Assembly: GCF_001194135.2 (NCBI RefSeq)
Contig: NC_068989.1
Coordinates: forward strand, 27,467,511-27,531,510
Reading direction: 5' to 3'
Length of the DNA stretch: 64,000 nucleotides
Origin: Octopus bimaculoides
Lineage: Eukaryota
In this document: one piece after another, positions 50,750 through 64,000 of the stretch
Layout of the letters: each line of letters begins with the position of its first letter
Position numbering within the stretch: the stretch's first letter is position 1
The notes under the pieces: generated by a model
What the model saw: the letters and a program-made list of their open reading frames with translations, nothing else
Database searches by the model: none
What the model was told of the DNA's origin: nothing
Made by a program: the position numbers and the translations under genes

Positions 50750-51666
50750 CTATGTATATAGAGGGGTGGTGACATGGGAACCAACAAACTAATCCTCGGG
50801 ATTATACATTGTAGTTGAAAACATCAACAGTACTACAGAGAGTAAGCTACACATATATCAACTGGCAATGGACGAACTCAGAATGTTTTGATTTACGTTA
50901 CGGGACCAACGATCATGGAACAATTCAGAGGAAGAATGAGTATATAAATACTCTAAAGTTAAAATCGAACAGAACGAAAATGAATGTCAAATAATCAGAA
51001 TAATAAAATAGATTCGTGAACGAAGTTGACGCCCAAGGAAGATATGGGTGCTAAGATAAAGCTAATTTCCAAAGAGAGGAAGGTTGACCAGTTTACTATT
51101 AATTTAGATCAATAATAGAATAAATGGATAAATAAATGAAATGAAAAACATATTATCAATAGGAAGAGAGAAACAAAGTGTAAACAAAATAAGGTTTAGA
51201 AAATAGGTCAGAGTCAGAAAGGTGGGCTTGTGCTTTTGGAATTTCAGGCCCTGCTTGTTTTGCGGGAAAGCAAGTTATTTTGAAGAACATTGATGTGGTA
51301 TCAACTACACACATATTGTGAATAATCACAAACACATTAGCACGCATGTTCATACATTCATTATGCGATAAACATTTATATATACCGGTGTTCGCGCGCA
51401 CATACATCCCCCCCCCACACACACACACGAGCAGCGATTTCACACATCTATACAAACACGCACATATATTATAATACAGCTTCCGGTTAGTGTTACTCAA
51501 GTTTATGGATGAAGCTATTTCATTGTCTTTGAACTAAACAGGAATGACATGTGGTACGCATGCCGGTGTTTTATTACTACGTCATCTCTTTGGTACACAC
51601 GAATATATATATATGCGCGTGCAGGAATTTGTGTGTGTGCGTGTGTGTGTGTGTGTGCGTGTGTGC

Positions 51667-51698
<32 letters not shown>

Positions 51699-51966
51699 AA
51701 TTTAATAAACACAAGTTTTAAGAGTAACCTATTATAGATTTCATGCTCGTATAGTGCCAAAATCGAACGTGTCTTGTTAATGTTTTTACCTGAGTGGTTG
51801 TAGGCTAGCACACGACACACTATAAAATATCGTCCGATTATGATACTAGACAGATATGAAACTTGTAGCAGCTCACATTCTGTATTTATTGAAAGATATT
51901 TACATTTCGCATGATGGAGTACATTTTTATTCAGAATACCAGTGGGGAAACTGTAAACTACATTCC

Positions 51967-52021
<55 letters not shown>

Positions 52022-52049
52022 TGTGTGTGTGTGTGCGTTTATATGTGTT

Positions 52050-52260
52050 TGTGTGCTCCTTTTTGCTTATGCTTTTCATCCAACTGCTTGGCAACCATTG
52101 TTGGTTTGTTTACATCACCATAACTTTGCGGTTTAGCAACAAGAGATAGAATGCTTTCCAATAATAAGTTTTGGTGTCGTTTTGCTCGACTAAACGCTTC
52201 AATGAGGAGCTCCAGCATGGCTGCTAACATATTACTGAAACAAGTAAGAAATAAAAGTTA
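52050..52260 (+). mobile_element. SINE family A, 3' half (degraded)
   Basis: gtttacatcaccataactttgcggtttagcaa..ttgctcgactaaa..ctccagcatggctgc..tgaaacaagtaagaaataaaag. Confidence 0.8.
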
Positions 52261-54574
52261 AAAAACTATTCTGGTCATTTATATATTGTTTCTCCTTAGG
52301 CATGCCCTATATCTTATTTTTTTCTGAATGAACGTTGAAAAGAAAAAGCTATTTGCACAAACGAAATGTTTTCACAGTTGCATTCTAAATGTTGAATGAG
52401 CCAACAACAGAAATACTTTTCACGCATTTCCTGAAAATTATAAATACTAATTGCAATTATAATCGTGAATGTATGAGGTTTTTCATTCTACAAAATTAAG
52501 CCTTAAAACAGTGGTATTATAGAAAGTGTTATCTATACTTCCTATACGACATAACATGTTCCACTGCTTCCTTTGACAAATAGAGGCGCAAAAGTTTTAA
52601 AGCTAACAATTTTCAAGAACCCAGTTTCTGGGTTTATTGTTGAATACAAGATAATAACAATTAGGCATGGATTTCAAAATGACTATATTAAATTTTGTGT
52701 TTTCTGTGTATTTGGGATAATGTAAGTCATAAATATAATATATACAGAAAAAAATATTGACCATACAATTAAGCTTTTATCAGTATTTAATTGTCATAAT
52801 TTTCTCTTTGAGTATCAAATACACGTGATCTGTATCAAATTTTGCACACAAAGGATGTATAGAATCTATTAATAAAACAGGGAAGTAATAATATCATCCA
52901 GCTGTAACGAAGATGGATTTACGTATAAAATTGTTGATCTTGAATTTAAAAGAAAAAAGAGAAATTCCGACAGAGAATAACATGGTGAACAATAGGCTTT
53001 GAAGTTCTTTTGGATTCCTGGCAATAATATCAATCTTTTTTACTGCGACTTTCAAAGGAATATATCGTCACAAGATTATAAACAGCAAGCAGAAAATCAT
53101 ACGATTTGCAATATGAAATGTTTTACATTAACTTTGATGCCGAGTTAGTATTGAAATGCAGATCCTACAATCCTATCATGGCGTTTCTAAAGAGCTGTAG
53201 CAAATAGAAGTGAACGATGAACGTTTCCCATAATATATCACCTTAATGGAAGAAAGCTTTTAAGTCCCCTAAAACTTTTGTATGATTTTCTATACTATAA
53301 CAAGCCCGAAATCTAAAAGGCGGTTATATGTAAAAGGGTTCTATCATTATTTTTCTTGTCTTTTGTTGTAAATATATGTTTTTGTTGATGCAGTCTTTAT
53401 AATTTCGTTAATAAAACTATTAACGTCAGACTAAAAACATGATAAATGGTATAGACAGACCCGGTCTTATTCAATAGCAAACATGAAACTGCAGAGCCCT
53501 GTCATCCAGTTATATTTCTGCAAAGATATACATTCTGCTATTTTCCCACGACAAATATACATTTTGAATGTTAAGAAAATAACATGAACACGTAATATCG
53601 GGTTAACAGGAAGAAATAATGAAGTGGCGATTAACTATCGGCAAAGTGATTTATGGTTACTTTCATTTTTTTTTTTTTTTTTGTGGACTAAACACTCTAT
53701 AATGATTAAATAAGGATTTCAGATTTATGCATTGATAAGACTATTTATCATCTTCGGTTGTTCTTTTATAGCAATAGAATTAAGGTAACACATGTCATAC
53801 CTATCACGTACGATGATTCATTCTTTAGATTTATTTTATGATGTGTTAACACGAATACATTTAGTTTCACACCATCCCGTATTTGCTCTATTTGAATTAT
53901 GTACTAAGCATTAACTTAGAAGGTTGGAAAAAAATCTGTTGAATAGAGGTAATATGGAAAGAGTGCCATTTTAACAACTACCTGTATGAAATGTTTACAT
54001 TTATGTAGCAAACATACACATTTACCCAGACGCAAGCACTAACACATACACATATCATTAATAATGTATCAGACCACACCAACAAGTGAGATTATATTGA
54101 AAGAAATAACAATCAACTCTCCTTCATAGATAACATCCAACTCTCCTTCAGAGATCACTTGTGCATTTTATAACCAACCGGAACACTATACAGGATTACC
54201 CACTCTTAAATATAATATACAAGTAGAGTAGGGAGAGTGTAGGTAAATCTGAACAGATTATCAAAGAATTAAAATTGACCAAGAGAAATAGATAGAGCAG
54301 CACATGACATCTTCACACGCAGAATCAATTAGAGGGTAGCGACTACAGACGAAACATATATTATAATTATATAGAAGTTCAGTTACATTACATTGAAATC
54401 CTTGGTACACAACAAGAACAAATAAAAAGAAGCCGTCCAAATATTAATTTATAATTCACCACAATTACTGACAAAACAACACGTAACCTTCTCTACATGT
54501 AAACAGAAATCCTATCGCACCTTTAGCTTGTTCCATAGGTCCAAATACAAGCAAAGTCAATACACATGCTAACC

Positions 54575-55150
<576 letters not shown>

Positions 55151-55892
55151 TTATGGTTATTAGAAAAAAATTGTCCAATAATAATAACGTATATGACATG
55201 AGACGTTTGTTGTCCTCTTTAACTTCAACAATTATATGTATGTATGTGTGTGTGTGTGTGTGTGTGTGGATGGATGGGTGGAATTACATGAGCTTTCATT
55301 TCTAAACAGATCAATTAAGTCAAGTATTCAACAGGTAAATGCATCTAGTATGAAAGGCAAGGTCGATGAAAAGGGAATCAGAACAGGAACAGATGTAATG
55401 AAACATTTTATTAAACATGACTATACATTCTGAGTATTCCAAAGAGATTATACTGTAATCTTTGGCTTTTCCTTTGTACACCCTGATGAATTGCATCTCG
55501 GTACACGTGTTTATTCAGAATAAAATTCAGCACTGAATATATTCCGGTTAAATTTACAATTTAAAAATAGGAAAAATTCGAAAAGTCCGCCTCTGACAGA
55601 GATATATATGTGTGAACAATTCTATGTACTATGCTGGATACATTTGGTGTTCGTCTGGTATGTTGATTTTTTTTGTTCATTTTTATGTGCCTTGATTATG
55701 CATGCACTGACGACTGAAAAGTGCATTTTGTGCACAAATTGTGAACTCATATGATCTGCAGCGGAATCTGTTTTTAAAAGGCTCGCTTCGAGTGTTACAT
55801 TCCCTCGCTTTCGGTACAATGTGTTTATTATGGTAGTTTTGATTTTAAGAGTCCCTCCTAGCGTGAAGTATTTATGTATGGTAATGCCCTTA

Positions 55893-55924
<32 letters not shown>

Positions 55925-57229
55925 CCACATACATATTTTTGTATTTGTATACATATTTATATATATGTAAATTCATAAATATTTGTATGTGTGTGTGTAT
56001 GTATGCATGTATATTTGTATGTCTCCCACATGGTTTTGTTTCTAATATCCGCCACCACCGCTTTTAAATAGTCAATTATTTATTAGACCTATAAATGTCA
56101 TTTTAAAAACACTGTGCAGCTATTTAGTATCATTATTCAGATGAATTTATATCATTGTTATAAACAACAGTTACACCACCGTCATTATGGTTACTACAAC
56201 AATGCTAAAGGCACCCAACGGCAGGCGTATTCATAGTTTATTTGCTGAAACTTCCGAATAATAACGTCTGCATGGTGATATGACGAAGTGCCAGAGCAGT
56301 TATAGCACCACTTCCCTCTTTTTACTGATATTGCACAAAGAAATGGCTATAAACACACCATTATATCTATATTGTTATAGAGCCATCGGTATACATATAT
56401 CAATGAACACTCTGTTACTGTTACATCTTATTTCAATGTCTACAACAGTCCGTTTTCGTGTCATACTGCGTCAATCTTATCCCTGAAAGCAGATCAGTAT
56501 ATTCACATCATTACTGTGCACTCTTTATAGTCATATCCATATATGAGGATATTACTTTAGGAAAATCCACGTCACTAGAGCGATATCAGTATAATTACAT
56601 CACTACAGTGATGTTATATCATTACTCTCTTAACATGACTGTCACATCAAACAGTTACATCATTAGTATTACAATTAAAATAATTTCCAGATCTACACGG
56701 AATATTGAAAAATAGAAGCAGTGAATTTAGAAATTTAATAATGAGTGAGAATTTTTGATCTGAAGCAAAATTTTGATTGAGTTCCCAATATATTCTGGTT
56801 ATGTGAGCGGACACCAAACATCTTCATAGTTATACGAAATTATTATCAGTATTGATAAAATGACATACTTCATAGTATATTAAGTCTCTCTCTATATGAT
56901 ATTTGATATTTACAGTTGCTCATCGAATATTACATAAGTAATATTGGGTACAGATTTGAATGTAAGTATTTGTATTAGACGAATTCTCTTTCGCATTTCC
57001 AGCTTTGTATTATACAGTAACACTTACATAACCGTACAGCGTTCAAGTACATGTAAGGTTAGTGGAGGCGTAATTAATACTATATCGTAATATGTTTTAT
57101 TTCGTATTTTTCATGACTAATCAGAAGGGAGGCACGGCGTTCATGACCTTTTCAAGGCATTTCATAACTGCTGGAGGGAAGGTAGGAAGCTATCATCAGA
57201 CAGAGGCAATTCTGCTAATGACACCCAAC

Positions 57230-57851
57230 GGTAAGGTACGGGGTCATGCGCGTTGCTGTATTTACCATATGTCGGCATATTCTGGGCGTCCCGTCGAGTA
57301 GAGCCCGACTTAGTCCCCATCTCTGAGAGATACCTTCCTCATCTGCTGTGATCGATCAACACGAGCCGTCCACCCAGTTGGAATCTCAGTGAAGGAAACG
57401 TTGTAAGTAGTGTATAACTCGGAATATCGAGCAACATGACAAAACAGTCTGAACTCACTTTACTGGATCATGTAACAGGACGCATCCCAGTTTCTGAGTA
57501 TAGTCGTTGTTTGGATACGAAATACGACTAGTTGCAACCTATAATCTTGCAAAGTGTCTTGGCACCAAAGGAGATTTATGTGACACCTAAGGGAAGGGAG
57601 GCCATAGATCAAAAGATCTGAGAATGTTGTCCTCTAAGACAGATAACGGCAGTGCCAAACACCCCTGTCCAATGAGTCAAACAAATTGTAGCAGCTCGTC
57701 CAAGTCTGTTTAGGACATCAGACACACGGCTAATCCTGCTTTTAATCTCACTACTGAAATAGGTGAAGCGGTCAATGACTTCTACATTCTCACCTGCAAC
57801 ACTGACATATGAAGTGGAATCCTCCAAGAAACAGACGATGTCTTGATACAA
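57230..57851 (-). mobile_element. RTE-clade LINE 3' fragment (second family)
   Basis: VSVAGENVEVIDRFTYFSS..SDVLNRLGRA, then FGAKTLCKIIG..FVSKQRLYSETGMRPVT across frameshifts. Confidence 0.75.
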
Positions 57852-58786
57852 GAGAGTTTAATCGCATTGAAATGAATATGGTTGTTATTTCAAGCAGATC
57901 AGCCGCTTGCTTGACTTTAGCAGATCAAGCTTTCATGCTTTCATGTGTTAAAACACATGAATTTTGCAAGTGCTTATAATAAAACGTATTCTTTTCTGCT
58001 TAACATCGAACAGGAACCATCTTCAAACTTTCCATATCAAGTATTAGCTTAAGTACTTATAACGTCTGGTAATGTTTTGAATACATCTTCATTGACTACG
58101 TAATAAGAAATGGTCTGCTGTTATCATTTTATTCCATAAAATACAACATCAGAACCCAAGTCACGTAACCCGTATTGGCATTTCTCTGTTTTTCTAACCA
58201 AACAAGTTCTTAGTACACGGATACCCGCGCTACTAATACTTTAACTCTCTAATAACTTTCTTGAGTAATATAATAATGAGAAAATAGAAATATAGAAACA
58301 TGAATATGGCCGTTGGAGTCCGATTAAACAATTTAATATGATTCTGTTATCATGCCGAAATATACTAGCGCATATACTGATGGGATACATAGAAATTTGC
58401 TAAATTATTTAATACAAGATTGAAAACAATTGATCCAACATTGTTTTTCACTCTAGACAATAGATCATTAATGGAGTAGGCATGACAACCTGGATAAGGA
58501 GTTCTCTTCGTTATCAAATGGTTCTTATGGACGTATCTGCTGTCAGCCGCCGAAGAGAGAGTGAGAGCAATTGCGAGTGAGAATATTCAGAGGACCTTCA
58601 AATGTAATATCATCACTCTAGTTAACTGAGCCAGGAACTATTTGGGTGATTTTAGTGAAACCCACTATACTTTCGTCTCATACGCCTATCAGTTTCTGGG
58701 GACATGCTTTTCCATATATGATCAAACTGTAAGTATAACTGATACTGAACCTTACATAAAACACTTATCATCGTGCTAATATTGTG

Positions 58787-58862
<76 letters not shown>

Positions 58863-58867
58863 CTATT

Positions 58868-59407
58868 GTGCAAAATCTACCTCTACTAACTAGAGATCCC
58901 AAAATGAACGACATACTGAAAACGCTGAAACTCATCAAATGCAAAAGGCAACACAAATCGCTAAAGAGAGTACTAACAAATGCAAAGCTCTACAAAACAA
59001 CCACGAAACGAACAGTTAAAAAATGTGGACGCTCAAAATGTAGAACCTGCCCCAACTTACTTGAAGGCTCGGATTTCCTTTTCAAACAAGGACAGAGGTT
59101 CACAATTAAAACTAGTTTCACTTCTGCCTCTGAGAACCTAATTTATGTAATAACCTACTCGGGTTGTGGACATAACTATATTGGGCAGACGAATATGACC
59201 TTGAGAAGGAGAACCACTCTACATAAAGAGAAATCCGTTTCCCGCAGTACAGTCAAATTCCTCTCAGTGAACATATAGAAAAATGTGCAGATAACATCAA
59301 ACCAAATTTCACAGTCTTCCCCTTCTACCAGTGGAAAGACACAATCTCTCCACACGAACGTTTAAATAAAGAAACTTTTTCATTGAAATATACAGAACAC
59401 ATTTTAA
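58868..59407 (+). mobile_element. Penelope-like element, Zn-linker plus GIY-YIG endonuclease 3' fragment
   Basis: KKCGRSKCRTCP..FTSASENLIYVITYSGCGHNYIGQT..LRRRTTLHKE, continuing out of frame as QIPLSEHIEKC..FPFYQ..RLNKETFFI. Confidence 0.88.
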
Positions 59408-59851
59408 TATGCACGCATAAATACTTTTATCGCTTTACATATTTCAATTCACGATTACAGCACCTTTGAGTGTATGTGTACACATATATATTCCACTCAC
59501 CTTACCGAACGCTGAACAGTTATCTCCCTTCCCAACAACAACAACAACCATAATAGCGATACCCAATTACCTTCCCTTATTCTTCTACTTGTGAAGCCAT
59601 TCACTCGTAAATACCATCACACACAACATGGACAAAAATTTCTTCTTAAGAAAATACATATTCAAATAAGTAAACCATAATATCATGAATAGCGAAAGCG
59701 AAACCGGTCGATATTTTAAAAATTATATTAGAATTATGTAAAGTGTGTGTATTTTCTTTTTTTTTAAATTTCTTATATATGTATATATATATATATATAT
59801 AATGGCTGATAGTTAGCAAGGTGAGACACACATAAGAAAGAAGGAAACAAA

Positions 59852-59896
59852 GGACCACTGATGAGGTCACAGAAGTGTGACGAAAGAACTCTGGCC
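59852..59896 (+). ncRNA. Minimal hammerhead ribozyme-like motif (probably decayed)
   Basis: Stem I GGACCA/TGGCC; CTGATGA at 59858-64; one extra G; stem II GTCACA-gaag-TGTGAC; GAAA; very short stem III with CTC. Confidence 0.45.
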
Positions 59897-60008
59897 GAAA
59901 TAAGATTAAGATTAATGTAATATAAAGATGAAGCAAATTAACACCAAATATACAGTGCGTGTGTTTTTATTGGCTAAACTGGCAATATGACCATCCCCAA
60001 GTACAACA

Positions 60009-60066
<58 letters not shown>

Positions 60067-60194
60067 GCATATATATAAACCCCAGCGCGCACACACACAC
60101 ACAGTCACACACACACACACAAGCACACGCACACGCGCGCGCGCACACACACACACACACACACATATAAATATATATATATATATGCAACAAG

Positions 60195-60462
60195 AATTCT
60201 AGAATGAGATTATAAATATTTAATAATCGCTACGCGCTTTCCCACAAATCACATGATATATAAACATCCCTCCATGATTCATCCACTAATGCAGTCTCGC
60301 TTGATGAAATGAATCAATGATGACGATCAACCGGATGCCCACTGATGTTACGGACTATACTGAAACAATTCCAATGATACTGATTCTGATATTAAAGTCA
60401 TGAGATTTGTGGAAACGCGCTTAACGATGTATTAAATTGTTATAAATTCCATCCTAGAATTA
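60195..60462. repeat. MITE-like foldback with ~62-bp imperfect terminal inverted arms
   Basis: aattctagaatgagattataa..cgctacgcgctttcccacaaatcacatga (60195-60256) is the approximate reverse complement of 60398-60462. Confidence 0.65.
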
Positions 60463-60636
60463 TTTTTATAATTATATTTATCCTACATTATATCGGTGTA
60501 ACCATGATGCAACCCTAAAGACTGATTCAATCCATGTATGTATGTATGTATGTATGTATGTATGTATGTATTTATGTATGTATCTATGCATGTGTGTATA
60601 TACTATTTCGTCTGGGGAGAGTCATTCTCTTGTAGT

Positions 60637-63600
60637 ACCTTATGATTTAATACGTTCACCGGTAATGTTTTCACTCATTTACTCGTTTATTTTTCTAAAA
60701 TTTTCGTTGCGTCTTACAACCTTTTCAATAGTCGTTGACACTGTTATCCGAACTGCATTCTTTTTGTTTGTTTGTGCGCATGTATGTGGGTCAGTGAGTG
60801 TGCGCATACACATGTATGCATATAAGTATGTATGCATGCATGTGTGTGCTTGTATGTATGTGTGTGCATATGTATATATGTATGTGTGTACGTTTGTATG
60901 TATTTTGCATATTAATGTGTTTGTGTTTGTGTCTCGTGTGTTTGTGTTTGAGTGTTTGTATGTGTGTGAGTGTGTTTGCATATGTGTGTTATATGTTTGT
61001 GTGTCTCTATCTCTTTGTGTATGAATGTCATAGTCTGTTTGTGTCTGTATATGTGTGTATGAGTTTTTGTAATTATCTACTGTGTCTGTATATATGGATG
61101 TGTATCACCATATGCGTCGATGTGTGTCTCCATATGTGTCCTTGTTTGAAGTGAAGTGTGTATATGTGTCATGTTCATATCTTTACTAGCAATTTCTATG
61201 CATCTTATGCTGTAGACTACATTTCTAGTTCTATAGTTCATGTCAGGGTTAATTCTACATACCATGCAGTTATCATTGGTGCATGTGGTATTCTCAAAGA
61301 GATACATCCTACAAAGTTGTGATCTGATGCAGTTCCCTGGCGTTTCAATAATTTTAACGTTGAGTTTGGTATCCTTCAGAACTTTCCTAAATCTACGGGC
61401 TAGTTCTCCATGGGCTGTAGCCTCTACAAATATCACTCTTTGATATTTGTCGGTTTTATACCACGTGTTCACCCTGTTTGCTTTGTCACACGCTCTTTGT
61501 ATTCTATTCCAGTCTTTGCTTCTATATCTAGGGCGGGTACCACTGGTTCCTTTACATAAAATTTTATCTAACTTCTTTGTAGCACCCTGTATACTTGAAT
61601 CCTATCTTTCTTATTATATCCAGAGAATTGCATGCGCAGCATGAAGTTCTGTACATGTTTCTACGTTTCGTAGGTTTTGCATATTGGGGACGCGTTGTTT
61701 ATTAAGTCTACTATCAGTATGTTAATTTTCATTTTGTGTGTTAATGCTGAGTTCTTGTGAACAACATATCCCGAGGCTATGGTTTTCATGTAACAGGAGT
61801 GGATGAGCTGCACTCTGCTGTTCATAGCCTCTAACCAAAGTTCAGCATCAAGGAATGTGAGTCTATTGTTGGGGTGCCTAATGTGATAATCTATAGTTAC
61901 CTTGATACTTTGGTGGATGGACTTAGCTACTTGCTGGATGCTCTCCATTATGTTCCTCTCAGTTTCTACATTACCTTTACTAGAGTTGGGTTTAACTAGG
62001 ACATTAATGTCGTCTACATACTCACTGTAAAGTAAAAGAGTTGTGGATTGTTCTGCTAAGGATTGCTTAAGTTTTCTGTCCCACCAGGTCAGGAAGAGAC
62101 CGGCCGCATCTCCAGTTACACCGACACCAATGGCTGCACTTTGAACTTGCAAGTATCGTTGTTGTCAGGATCTTGGGGGGGGGGGGGGTATGGTCCAACC
62201 ACCCCAGCGCCCTGCGGTGTTTTTTTTTTTCACTGCTGAGGAGATTGTGTGTTGTCTTCTCCTCCCCTCTGTGACCTGGTGGGGCAGTATCTACTGAGGT
62301 CATGGTCGTCTAAATAGTCACTGTTGAAGCTTAGTCTAAGGAGGAGGACCAGTTCCCTCGTGTTGACTTCACGGAAGTCTACTTCATTCTCACAGGTTAT
62401 CTCAATGCATTTCACTACGGCAAATCTATGTCAATACATGGGGAGAGTGAAATTACATCCGTAATACTCACTACACAACGTGTGAGGTCGTTGGAGTGGT
62501 TGCAAGTACTCATTTTACTGAGGAGATCCTCCGTGCTCACAGAGACATCTGGGGACGTTTCTATGAGAGGTCGTAATACCTGTGAGAGGAAGTAGGACAG
62601 TCTCTAATTGGTGGAGATATTCACTCCGCAAACTGGTCGGGTCGGGGACCCCATAACAGGATTTATGTAGGGATTATGGAATTGCCTAACCTGTATAGAG
62701 TAGTAACATCACTGTTGGATGCCTGAAAATTGTGTGCAGTCCGTTTCTTAGGTTGGAGTATGTTGCACCACATTTCCATGTGTGCATTGAGGCGTTTTTC
62801 TACTCTTTCATGTTCCTGTGGTGCAACTTTTCTCATGCTACTAATGTGTTGTTGCATGGACTGGACATAGTTCTGTGGGCTGTCTATTGACAGTCTGCCA
62901 GAATCATCTGTTGGGAGGCGCACTAATTCCCTGTTCCTAATTCGCTATTTTCAGCTTTTGAAAGCCTATGGCAACAGATGAACTGGGTTGATGGGGCCCC
63001 TCCTCATTTTGCTTTTTAGCGGTTCTGTTGAACCGGTGTAAGATGTATTGGAGTCTATTTCTAGCTGAGCAGATCTTTGCTTCTATTTCACTGTCAATCT
63101 GGGGAGGGATAAACACTTTTGTTGAAGGGTAAATCTGAGGGGTAGATCCGCGTCGTGTCATAAGATTTGTTGTTAGGGTTAGAGAAGGCAGAGTGCAGAC
63201 TGTTATTATCGTTATGGTTGTTGATTATATAGTTGCTGGCAGTTTTGTTTCTAGCGGTGGTGGTGGTGGTAGTTCTTGTGTTGTGCCCATTGTTGCTGTT
63301 ATCATCGTTGTGGTTGGTGTTGCTGTTGGTATTCATGTGGGTGGTGCTGACAATACCGTCTATATTGTCTGGGTATTTTCATTGACTCTTACCATGCTAG
63401 GACTGTTGTCGATGCTGTTTCACCCACTTGAGTTTATTGTTGAAGAGTTTTATTACAGGTATGGTTTACTCGGCGGCTTTCTTCTTGGATGTTTGTCATG
63501 AATCTGTCTCTTTTGTGTGGTGCAGTGGTGTTTTTTAGTTCATGCAATAGGACTCTCTTTCGCTTCTGGTACTGATAGATTTCTGTGTATATTTCATTTT

Positions 63601-64000
63601 TGATGTTTCGTAACATCGTGTGTCTTAGTTTTCTTGCTTCACGTTCTGTGAGTCCCAGCCGCTTGACAGCCAAATTGACAGATTTCATGTATAGCTTGGG
63701 GGAGATGCATGTTTTAATGACGTGGAGCTGTCGGGTAGCTATTTTGATTTTTAGACAGCAGAACACGGTGTTTCCCAACGTCTTGCTAGCTTGACCAAAG
63801 CTTATTTTATTTCGTTTTTGGATTTGGTTTGCAAGATTCTTTATGTGAGTTCGTGTGCTGAAGCATATTTTGTTGTCTCTGGGTAGAGCCATTCCATTTT
63901 AATACCTTATGATTTAACACACTCACCGGTAAAGTTTCTACTCATTTACTTATATATATTTTTTTAATTTTCGTTGCGTCTTGCAACCTTTTCAATAGTC
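60637..64000 (-). mobile_element. Near full-length Penelope-like retroelement (RT plus truncated C-terminal GIY-YIG) between direct terminal repeats
   Basis: ORF starts at 63892 (MALPRDNK..). Motifs: PTDDSGRLSID, QSAAIGVGVTGDAAGLFLTWWD, YVDDIN, LTFLDAELW, FVEATAHGELARRF, CTNDNCMVC..NVVYSIRC. ~100-bp direct repeats lie at 60637-60735 and 63903-64000 (runs off the window). Frameshifted. Confidence 0.9.
60770..61160. repeat. Degenerate (TG/TATG) low-complexity tract between the PLE ORF and its downstream repeat
   Basis: Direct inspection. Confidence 0.8.

Noticed and set aside
50780-51100. Possible CR1/L2 3' remnant
   Set aside because: No motif could be aligned with confidence.

Overview
AT-rich, microsatellite-dense eukaryotic DNA with seven N-gaps. 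The SINE families match those I recognise from Octopus genomes, so the source is probably an octopod short-read scaffold (inference, no search run). No intact host gene is recognisable. The window is mostly decayed mobile DNA: two mariner relics, a Tigger/pogo relic, three tRNA-derived SINE families, two RTE fragments, an RLE-type LINE 3' end, L1/Tx1-like pieces, three Penelope-like (PLE) relics with different GIY-YIG sequences, and a small non-autonomous LTR element. Best lead: a single 3.2-kb L1/Tx1-like insertion bounded by a 10-bp target-site duplication (38616-41847) carries RT (ORF2) sequence upstream of a gag/ORF1-like gene. A divergent homolog of that gene appears alone as a TSD-flanked insertion at 29598-31431. 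Together they suggest a LINE family with permuted ORF order. Other leads are several hammerhead-ribozyme-like motifs (one set with stem III covariation) and a 14-codon tandem repeat with synonymous divergence at 43036-43167, a candidate host exon. All alignments, translations outside the ORF track and identities were done by eye.
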